From Actinomycetota bacterium (GTDB lineage: Bacteria > Actinomycetota > CADDZG01 > JAHWKV01 > JAOPZY01): DNA of 37,396 nt. The stretch lies in the NCBI GenBank assembly GCA_050693695.1, contig JBOGWM010000038.1, positions 1 to 37,396 of the forward strand. The letters are read 5' to 3'. A program made the translations under genes and the position numbers. Every line of letters begins with the position of its first letter. The stretch's first letter is position 1. This document shows positions 17,981 through 24,733 of the stretch, piece by piece. The notes beneath the pieces were generated by a model that saw only the letters and a program-made list of their open reading frames with translations, made no database searches and was not told the origin of the DNA.

Positions 17981-18211
17981 ATGATCCAGGTGAGGAACGT
18001 CCCGGACCGCCTGCACCGCGAGCTCATGAGGCGAGCCCGCGCCCGGGGCCGCACGCTCACGGACTATATCCAGTCCATCCTCGAGCGGGAGGTGGCCCGG
18101 CCGCCGTCCCAGGAAGTTTTCGATCGGATCGCCAGGAGGCCGCCGGTCGATCTGGGGCGGCCCGCCGCGGAGATCATCCGGGGCGAGCGAGACTCCGGGG
18201 CGCTCTCCTGA
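17981..18211 (+). CDS. vapB: Ribbon-helix-helix antitoxin (VapB/FitA-like)
   Basis: MIQVRNVPDRLHRELMRRARARGRTLTDYIQSILEREV is a classic RHH antitoxin N-terminus. An AT-rich promoter-like patch sits upstream. A PIN-toxin remnant follows immediately. Confidence 0.75.
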   Translation: MIQVRNVPDRLHRELMRRARARGRTLTDYIQSILEREVARPPSQEVFDRIARRPPVDLGRPAAEIIRGERDSGALS

Positions 18212-18469
18212 AGATCGTCGTCGCCGACGCCTCGGCGCTCACCGAGTACCTTCTGCGAACCCCGCTCGCAGAACCGATAGAGAAGGTGTTGCGAGCCCTG
18301 GATGTGGACGTGCACGTGCCGGGTTTTGGCCTTACGCCGGAACTTCTCGGCTTACGACGCCACCTACGTCGCGCTGGCGGAGGGGATCGACGGCCAACTG
18401 CTGACGGCCGATGGGGCTCTCGCCCGAGCCGTCCAGGCGCGCGTAAGGGTCGCCACGGTTCCGATATAG
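18208..18469 (+). pseudogene. vapC: PIN-domain toxin remnant (internal deletion plus frameshift)
   Basis: The frame starting at 18208 reads LKIVVADASALTEYLLRTPLAEPIEKVLRALDVDVHVP (PIN N-terminus with the first acidic residue). A different frame from 18341 reads NFSAYDATYVALAEGIDGQLLTADGALARAVQARVRVATVPI* (PIN C-terminus). Together this is about 87 codons versus about 130 for intact VapC, and there is no ATG/GTG start. Confidence 0.6.
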
Positions 18470-18483
18470 CCCGGGCAAAATCT

Positions 18484-19314
18484 CTACGCCGCGTTCGGCT
18501 CGGGGGCGCTTCGCTGCTCGCGGTAGGTGTCGATGAATCCTTCGACGACCTTCACGCTGAGCCGGTCGCAGACCTGGAGACGTTCCCACGCGCTGAGGGC
18601 TATCCTGGCGCCCTCGAGCCGGGGATAGGGAACCACGATCACCTTGCGCTCGTTGCCGAAGGCGTTGTCGAGGCCATCCAGCTCCGCGTCCGAGAGGTCC
18701 TTGTGCCACACGATGACGTAGCCGTGCTCCAGGTTGTGCACCGCCTTGTAGATCGTGGAGCCGGGGCCGCGCTCCTCGGAGAACGGCTCGTTGTAGATCC
18801 CTGCGGTGAGCCAGGCGGGATCGTGCTTCCCGCCCGTGGGGGGCGAGGTCGGATAGGTGGTGACCTCTCCTTCTTCCAGATGCTTCCATGCATCTTGATT
18901 GGAACCGAGCTCGAAGGTCTGGACCTGCCCGCAGCCGGCCGCCCGGACGGCCGCGGTGTACTGGCGCGCCGCGGCCCGCCGGCCGGCCGACCGCCAGATC
19001 ACGAGCCCCCCGATGACCGCCGCGATGACAACGAGGATGCCCACGTTGCGGATCCTGGCGGCGCGCTGGGCGGCCTGTCGCCGTTTCCGCTCGCCCAGAC
19101 GCCGCTGCGTGGTTGCGGATCTCGCGTCCGCAGGGATCCGGGCGGCGCCTTCCGGTTGCTCGCCCTCTGCCCTTCCCGACTGCCCGTCAGCGCTTCTCGA
19201 GGATGGCGTCACCGGCTTCCGAGGGCCTCGGGACCTCGCTGTACGCCCGGTGCCCGCGGGGCCGTGCGGTCGTCGCGATCCCCCCCGGCTCGCGGGCTTC
19301 TTGCCGCCTGCCAT
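18484..19314 (-). CDS. DUF3105-like membrane-anchored protein
   Basis: Start chosen at ATG 19314 (MAGGKKPASRGG...). Basic N-terminal tail, one TM (VGILVVIAAVIGGLVIW), then PTSPPTGGKHD...VHNLEHGYVIVWH, typical of the actinobacterial DUF3105 family (recalled from memory). Confidence 0.7.
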   Translation of the reverse strand: MAGGKKPASRGGSRRPHGPAGTGRTARSRGPRKPVTPSSRSADGQSGRAEGEQPEGAARIPADARSATTQRRLGERKRRQAAQRAARIRNVGILVVIAAVIGGLVIWRSAGRRAAARQYTAAVRAAGCGQVQTFELGSNQDAWKHLEEGEVTTYPTSPPTGGKHDPAWLTAGIYNEPFSEERGPGSTIYKAVHNLEHGYVIVWHKDLSDAELDGLDNAFGNERKVIVVPYPRLEGARIALSAWERLQVCDRLSVKVVEGFIDTYREQRSAPEPNAA

Positions 19315-19316
19315 CG

Positions 19317-19907
19317 CTAGCCAGCTCCTTTTGCCTGCTGGCGGGCAAGCATCCTGCGGATCTCGCTCACGAGCACCCGGCGCGGGATGGCCGTAAGCAC
19401 CTTGGCCGATCCCCGAGCGCCGATCTGGTCCCCCTGGGCGACTCCGAAGAAACGCCACCCGTGGTCCACGAAATAGGTCTCGGGGACTCCTCGCACCCCG
19501 AGGAGTCTGGTCAGCTTGTCGTCGACATCTCTCACGTTGGGGTAGGTTATCCCGAATTCCGTCAGGAATGCCTCTGCGGCGGGTTCGAGGTCGTTCCAGT
19601 TCACGCCGACGAAGCGCACTCCCCGCTCCCGGTATTCCCGCCAGGTCCGCTCCAGACCCGGAGCCTCTTCAGCGCAAGGGACGCACCAGGACGCCCAAAC
19701 ATTGATCACCACAGGGCCACCCTCGAGATCCCGGCTGGACAGGAAGCCCTCGCCGCCGAGGCGGGGGAGCTCGAAGGGGGGAGCAGGTGTCCCGGCCACC
19801 GCCTTGGGCCGGGTGGTCGTGAGAAGGCCGAAGGCGAGCAGAGCGACGAAGAGTCCGGGGACGACCACGAAGGCGAGGACTCGCAGGATCTTGGGGACTC
19901 TAGCCAT
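19317..19907 (-). CDS. TlpA/ResA-like thiol-disulfide oxidoreductase, membrane-anchored
   Basis: N-terminal TM, then VVINVWASWCVPCAEEAP (thioredoxin-fold WCxxC) and GVRGVPETYFVD. Confidence 0.85.
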   Translation of the reverse strand: MARVPKILRVLAFVVVPGLFVALLAFGLLTTTRPKAVAGTPAPPFELPRLGGEGFLSSRDLEGGPVVINVWASWCVPCAEEAPGLERTWREYRERGVRFVGVNWNDLEPAAEAFLTEFGITYPNVRDVDDKLTRLLGVRGVPETYFVDHGWRFFGVAQGDQIGARGSAKVLTAIPRRVLVSEIRRMLARQQAKGAG

Positions 19908-20865
19908 TGACGCCTGCGAGCAGCGGCTTGGTCGCGACCCGGATCTGGGCGGCCGTCAGGGGACCCTCGAACCTCGACACGATGAGTCCGCTCCGGTCGA
20001 TGAGGAACAGCCAGGGCTCGCTCTGAAGGCCCCATTCGACGAACGTGGGCGCCGTGAGCTGGTTGATGATCGTCTGGGTCTGGTCGTCCCTGTAGACCTC
20101 GGCGTGCACGAAGGTGATCCGATCCCCGACCTCTTGGCTGACAACGATCAGCTCCTCGAGGTTGGGTCCGCAGACTCGAGACCGGCAGAATCGGGGCGTT
20201 CCCACGGTGAAGGCCACGGGCTTGCCGGCGGCCACGGCGTCCGCCAGCGTGACCCGGTGCATGTCGCAGGGGGGCTGGCGGGTGCAGATCGGCTCGACAC
20301 CCCGATGGTCGGCCACCGTGGGCGTCTGGCTCGGCAGGGCTCGCTCTCCGGGGATCAGGGTGTCCGCCGCTTCCTTCGCTTTTACCTGGAGGGCGGCCGA
20401 GCCCAGCAGGGCGCCGTTGCTCGTGGTCGCCTCGGCGACCAGCGTCCAGACGCCCGGACGCCCAAAGCGCACCTCGGTGGCGTTGATCCCCCGCACCGGT
20501 CCCCCGGGGTCCGGCTTGGCGTACGAATACCAGGGGGCTGCGAACGGGCCCTGCACCCCGACCGGAGCTTGAGGATCGGCGGAGGGAACCAGCCACACTA
20601 AGGCATCCGCCCCCGCAATCGGCGCACCCCGGCGTCTGATCAGCCCGAAGGCAAGGTAGTTGTCCGGCTCCGCCACGTAATCGCCCCCGGCCAACGAGAC
20701 GTCGAGGCCCCCACGAGCACCCATCGCCTCGCGGGTGTCGAGAAGTCCGACGACCGAGCGCGCGGTCCCCGACGTCGCCTTCGAGCACCCCTCCAGCACG
20801 GGCAGGGCCAAACCGGCGGCCCCCAGCAGGCTCCGCTCGAGAAACTTCCTCCGGTCCAGCTTCAT
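19900..20865 (-). CDS. Tat-exported lipoprotein with C-terminal thioredoxin-like domain
   Basis: MKLDRRKFLERSLLGAAGLALPVLEGCS (twin-arginine motif plus lipobox). The C-terminus has VAFTVGTPRFCRSRVCGP...PWLFLIDRSGLIV, resembling a thioredoxin-fold protein. The N-terminal half is unassigned. Confidence 0.7.
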   Translation of the reverse strand: MKLDRRKFLERSLLGAAGLALPVLEGCSKATSGTARSVVGLLDTREAMGARGGLDVSLAGGDYVAEPDNYLAFGLIRRRGAPIAGADALVWLVPSADPQAPVGVQGPFAAPWYSYAKPDPGGPVRGINATEVRFGRPGVWTLVAEATTSNGALLGSAALQVKAKEAADTLIPGERALPSQTPTVADHRGVEPICTRQPPCDMHRVTLADAVAAGKPVAFTVGTPRFCRSRVCGPNLEELIVVSQEVGDRITFVHAEVYRDDQTQTIINQLTAPTFVEWGLQSEPWLFLIDRSGLIVSRFEGPLTAAQIRVATKPLLAGVNG

Positions 20866-21500
20866 CCGGGGAGCACCCCGAGATGGCGACCGATGAGCTC
20901 CCGGAGGGACTCGGCGTCAAGCGGACCGAACTGGCGGTGAGCGATGGTCCCATCGGGGCGGATCAGCACGGTCGTGGGCATGAGGAGTCGAGGGGAGAGG
21001 CGGGAATAGAAGAGGCCATCGGAATCGAAGGCCAGTGGGTAGCGGACCCCGCTGCGGCGGGCGAATGAGGCCGCGGCCGCCCGGGACTCCCCCTCGACCC
21101 CGAGCAGGTCGAGGCCCAAGAAGGCCACCCGGTCCCCCATCGACTCATAGACCGCCTGAAAATCGGGCATCTCCCGGATGCAGAATGTACACCAACTTGC
21201 CCAGAAGTTGATGACCATCGGCCTGGCGTCCTGCAAGTCGGCAATGGTCCGCATGCCCCCGCCGGCCGGCATCTCCACCCGGCATTCTCCCGGGATCGGC
21301 TGGCCCTCCGACAGGACCGGGTCGGAGCTCCCGCAGCGGCGGGAGCTTGCCGCAGGCGCGCCCGAGGGCTTCGAAGCCCCGGGGCGCGACCTGAGCGCGA
21401 CCACCACCCCGAGGGCTCCGACCAGGACGGCCATCAGTCCCCAGCCAACTCTCCGCTTCACGGAATCCCTATTCTGCACTCCTCTCACGGCGGCTGCCAT
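20862..21500 (-). CDS. TlpA-like thiol-disulfide oxidoreductase, membrane-anchored
   Basis: TM (GLMAVLVGALGVVVAL), then MVINFWASWCTFCIREMPDF and LLMPTTVLIRPDG. Confidence 0.85.
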   Translation of the reverse strand: MAAAVRGVQNRDSVKRRVGWGLMAVLVGALGVVVALRSRPGASKPSGAPAASSRRCGSSDPVLSEGQPIPGECRVEMPAGGGMRTIADLQDARPMVINFWASWCTFCIREMPDFQAVYESMGDRVAFLGLDLLGVEGESRAAAASFARRSGVRYPLAFDSDGLFYSRLSPRLLMPTTVLIRPDGTIAHRQFGPLDAESLRELIGRHLGVLPG

Positions 21501-21537
21501 ACCCGGGCGGCGTGGGATGCAAAATGGGTCCCTTAAG

Positions 21538-22257
21538 CTAGATCGGGGGCCAGCCCTTTCGGACCAGGAAGCGGACCAGCGGCGTGAAGAGCTGCTGCCA
21601 GTATCCCGTCACGAGCAGGAGGCCTATTCCGACCAGGAGAAAGCCTCCCGCTCGCTCCAGGGCCCGTCCGTGGCGGCGCAGGAAGCGAAAACTGCGCCCC
21701 GTCGTCGAGGCTAGGGCGAAGCCCAAAAACGGGATCCCCATCCCCAGGGAATAGAAGAAGAGCAAGAGCGCTCCCTTCCCGGCGGTACTGGTAACCCCGG
21801 CGATCGTGAGGATTCCCCCCAGGACCGGCCCCACGCAGGGGATCCAGCCGAAGGCGAAGGCCATGCCGAGGGGCAGTGCTCCGCCCGGGCCCGAGCGGAT
21901 CCGGCGAAGCTCGAAGCGCCGCTCCCGATAGAGGAAGGGAAGGCGCAGGATGCCGAGGGTGGCCAGCCCCAGCACGATGACGAATACCCCCGCGAGCTTG
22001 ACAAAGAGGGGAAGCCGATCCAGCAGGAAAGATCCCAGGATCGAAGCGGCCGCTCCCAGGGCCGTGAAGACCACCGAGAAACCGAGGACGAACAGCGCGC
22101 CGGCGCCGAGCACCCGCTTGCGCTGCCCCTCCTGACCGGCGGCGAGGCCACCGAGATAGGAGAAATAGCCGGGAAGAAGGGGCAGGCAGCAGGGGGTGAG
22201 GATGGAGACCCCTCCCGCGACGAAGGCCAGCGCCCCAAGGCCGAGGACATCGCTCAT
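21538..22257 (-). CDS. ccdA: Cytochrome c biogenesis/thiol-reductant transfer protein CcdA (DsbD family)
   Basis: Six-TM protein with the two signature motifs SILTPCCLPLLPGY and FAFGWIPCVGPVLGGIL. Confidence 0.9.
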   Translation of the reverse strand: MSDVLGLGALAFVAGGVSILTPCCLPLLPGYFSYLGGLAAGQEGQRKRVLGAGALFVLGFSVVFTALGAAASILGSFLLDRLPLFVKLAGVFVIVLGLATLGILRLPFLYRERRFELRRIRSGPGGALPLGMAFAFGWIPCVGPVLGGILTIAGVTSTAGKGALLLFFYSLGMGIPFLGFALASTTGRSFRFLRRHGRALERAGGFLLVGIGLLLVTGYWQQLFTPLVRFLVRKGWPPI

Positions 22258-22622
22258 CTCCCGATCAGATTACCCGGCGGGCTGGCTCAGGGCTGAGTAC
22301 CGATGTCCCCGGGATGCAATGCTCCTCCATCGGGCTGCCGGGACGCCCGCGACAGCATCTTGAACTGGCACTGGGAATAGAAGCTGCTCGGGCTAAAGGA
22401 GGACACGCTTGCGGAGGGCCTCCAGGTTCCTGATCGTGATGCTGCAGCGCGCCGTGGCCCGCTGGCCCTGTGACTCGGCGCCTTCCATGACCGATGCCCT
22501 TCTTCTCGATGGCAACCTACTCGGTCCTCCTCGATATGGCAGAGAGGACTAACAGCAGGAAAGGGTGCAGGTACGACTGTTTGAGGGTGCTGGCCCCTCT
22601 CCTCCGGGAGCCCGGGGGGGGT

Positions 22623-23642
22623 TCAATCCCCCGCCTGGGGCGGCCCCGTGACAGATGCGGGCAGGGGCAGCCGAAAACCCCTCCGCCAGCGCTCGATTCC
22701 CAGCTCCACCACCCGCTCCCAGAGATCAGGCTTGAGCTCCAACGTCTGCTCCGAAGTGCCCGGCGCGTGATTGATCTCCAGGAACACGCGCCGCCCCCGG
22801 CTGTCGATCAGGTAGTCGACGGCCAACAGGTCCGCCTGCACTCGCTCCAGGATCGCCAGCGAGCAGGCGAGGAGTGCGGGATCGGCCGCGCCGCGCCCCA
22901 CTCGCCCGCCGTCTCCGAGATTGGTGGTGAAGCTGCGGCTGCACTGGGTGTAGAAGCAGAGGACGATCGGGCGCTCGCCGAGAGGCTCCCGGCCCACCAC
23001 CACGCGGGTCGCCAGGTACTCTCCCTGGTCGTTGCACGTCTTTTCCACCAGCTCCTGAAGCAGCAACGGGAAGTGGCGGCCGGCGAGTCGGCCGGCGAGC
23101 TCCCCGGCGTCGGCGACGGGATGGATCCCCCGTCCCAACGTGCCGTAGGGGTCCTTGAGCACCAACGGAAAGCGGAGCGCGGGGAGCGTCCGTTCGAGCG
23201 CCTTCCGAGAGGCGAAGAACAGCGTGCGCGGGTTGTGGACGCCGTGCTCCCGCAGCACCTCCTCGACCACCAGGTGGGACAGGTGCTTGTCCTGGCACAC
23301 CTCGAGGAGAAACGGGTGGCCGTTGACAGTCGCTATGTCCCGGTTGCGGCAGGCCTGGAGGAAGTTGACGTAGGCCTTGACGATGCGGGGGTCGAAGGGA
23401 CGGCGGATCTCGCACACCTCGGCCCTCGACATCACGATGTCGATCTCGACCCCGACGAGACCGTCACGCCCCGGCTGCCAGAAGTACCCTCTCTCGTCGA
23501 TCACGATCCTGCGCGGATCGACAACTCTCGCCCGGGCGCCGCGGCTCGCTATGGCCGCGAGGATCCGCCGTTCCGTGGGCCCCGGCGTCCGGAAGTGGGT
23601 CAGGACGGCGATCAGCGGCCGGGGGCTGGGCGACCCTTTCAG
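22623..23642 (-). CDS. RimK-like ATP-grasp ligase (complete three-domain enzyme); start codon unresolved
   Basis: PLIAVLTHFRTPGPTERRILAAIASRGARARVVDP (pre-ATP-grasp domain), DKHLSH, FPLVLKDPYGTLGRGI, LLLQELVE, TTNLGDGGRV, LAVDYLIDSRGRRVFLEINHAPG. The only in-frame initiator before the conserved N-domain is CTG 23642, which overlaps the upstream stop. The next GTG is 46 codons in. Confidence 0.7.
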   Translation of the reverse strand: MKGSPSPRPLIAVLTHFRTPGPTERRILAAIASRGARARVVDPRRIVIDERGYFWQPGRDGLVGVEIDIVMSRAEVCEIRRPFDPRIVKAYVNFLQACRNRDIATVNGHPFLLEVCQDKHLSHLVVEEVLREHGVHNPRTLFFASRKALERTLPALRFPLVLKDPYGTLGRGIHPVADAGELAGRLAGRHFPLLLQELVEKTCNDQGEYLATRVVVGREPLGERPIVLCFYTQCSRSFTTNLGDGGRVGRGAADPALLACSLAILERVQADLLAVDYLIDSRGRRVFLEINHAPGTSEQTLELKPDLWERVVELGIERWRRGFRLPLPASVTGPPQAGD

Positions 23643-24319
23643 GTCCGCCTCCCGGCGGCCGCCCCGGCGGCCTGGCAGACGATGCGATAGAGCTCCGCTT
23701 CGAGGGTGGTGGCGGCCCCCGTGAAGCAATGCCGGTAGAGGCCCGGGAAAGCGTTCTCGTCGATGATCCGCCACCCGTCGGCGGTGCGCACGAGGTCGAA
23801 CCCCACGATCGCCATGCCGAGGGCCGCCGCCGCTCGCTCCGCGAGCTGGCGGAGCGGGGCTGTGAGCGGAACGTAATCGACGTGCCCGCCGACGCCGCTG
23901 GAGTCGAAGACTCGCCAACCTTCGCGAAAGATCTGCGGCTGCTTGCGGTAGCCATAGACCGCCCGGCCGCCGATCACCGTGACCCCAAGCCAGTCAGCGG
24001 GCTCCAGGCGGTATTTGATCTCACCGAACAGGGCGGTCCCCGAGACGAAGGGGACGTCGAAGGCGAAGTCGTCGGCCGCCGGCAGGCTGTGGCGCCGAAG
24101 GGTCCGGTGGGCGGTGAGCTTGTCGAGAGTGGTCGCGTACCCCTCGGGCGGGTTGACCACCACCGGACCGTCGGAGAGGGCCCGGAGTTTGTCGAGATCC
24201 AGGTGGTAGGGGAGCTTAGCGATCTTCGCGTACCAGACACCGGCCGCGCCTCCGACTCCCTCGGCGGGAGGAAGCAGGCGAGGCGAAGGGGCTCGTCGGC
24301 GTTCACGGTCGGCGTTCAC
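23639..24319 (-). CDS. Short ATP-grasp-like protein (lacks N-domain and the usual VxKP..GSxGxGV nucleotide loop)
   Basis: VVVNPPEGYATTLDKLTAHRTL..SLP, VIGGRAVYGYRKQP...GWRVFDSSGVGGHVDYVPL...AAAALGMAIVGFDLVRTADGWRIIDENAFPGL matches the central and C-terminal RimK fold. GTG start at 24319, inside a 13-bp tandem duplication. Confidence 0.65.
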   Translation of the reverse strand: MNADRERRRAPSPRLLPPAEGVGGAAGVWYAKIAKLPYHLDLDKLRALSDGPVVVNPPEGYATTLDKLTAHRTLRRHSLPAADDFAFDVPFVSGTALFGEIKYRLEPADWLGVTVIGGRAVYGYRKQPQIFREGWRVFDSSGVGGHVDYVPLTAPLRQLAERAAAALGMAIVGFDLVRTADGWRIIDENAFPGLYRHCFTGAATTLEAELYRIVCQAAGAAAGRRT

Positions 24320-24320
24320 G
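24295..24320. repeat. Perfect 13-bp x 2 tandem duplication (GTCGGCGTTCACG)
   Basis: Positions 24295-24307 and 24308-24320 are identical. The repeat carries the GTG start of the short ATP-grasp gene. Confidence 0.95.
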
Positions 24321-24522
24321 GGATGGGTGTGTCCCCCAAGAGATCGCGAACGCGCTCAAGCTCGCCTGTTCGCCTTACACCTCTTCGGGCCCGGTGCGGG
24401 TCGGAGCCCGACGTCTGAGCCTGAACCCCTCCAAAAGCCGCCTTGAGACGCCATCCCGATCTTCATGCCGCCCCTTTCCCCCACGCTTGGCCACGAGATT
24501 CCTTTGAAACGGGATCAGATGC

Positions 24523-24536
24523 CTGGACATGTCCAG
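24523..24536. repeat. Perfect 14-bp palindrome CTGGACATGTCCAG in the spacer upstream of the ATP-grasp genes
   Basis: The sequence equals its own reverse complement. It is centred on ATGs on both strands. An operator role is only inferred. Confidence 0.9.
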
Positions 24537-24733
24537 ATGTTCGGCGTGCGGCCCCCTGAAAGCAGGCCGCGTAATGGTGATCCTCCGGAGGTCAGCCTGT
24601 CAAGCCTGGAGATGGATCGTCTCGGGCGCCTGCCCGCCGAGGCCGTACTTCCATCTCGAGCCCGGTCAGAGCTCCTCGGACACGCCGTTCGCAGCCACGA
24701 CCCCAAGAGCTAACCCCTGACCGCCGGAATCGG

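Noticed and set aside
22381-22500. Small minus-strand ORF reading ...MEGAESQGQRATARCSITIRNLEALRKRVLL*, resembling the 'TIRNL' start of an RHH antitoxin, in the ccdA/ATP-grasp spacer.
   Set aside because: Only about 10 residues resemble the motif and the frame stops immediately. It is too short to separate from chance.
22600-22640. GGGGGTTCAATCCCCCG, which looks like a tRNA T-arm.
   Set aside because: No matching acceptor or anticodon arms upstream, a G-G clash in the stem, and the sequence is the 3' end of the ATP-grasp coding region.
24515-24706. 63-aa minus ORF, plus the 24465..24713 and 24529..24720 plus-strand ORFs in the ATP-grasp/permease spacer.
   Set aside because: No RBS, TTG or arbitrary starts, no recognisable motifs, and they overlap one another. 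They cannot be distinguished from noise.
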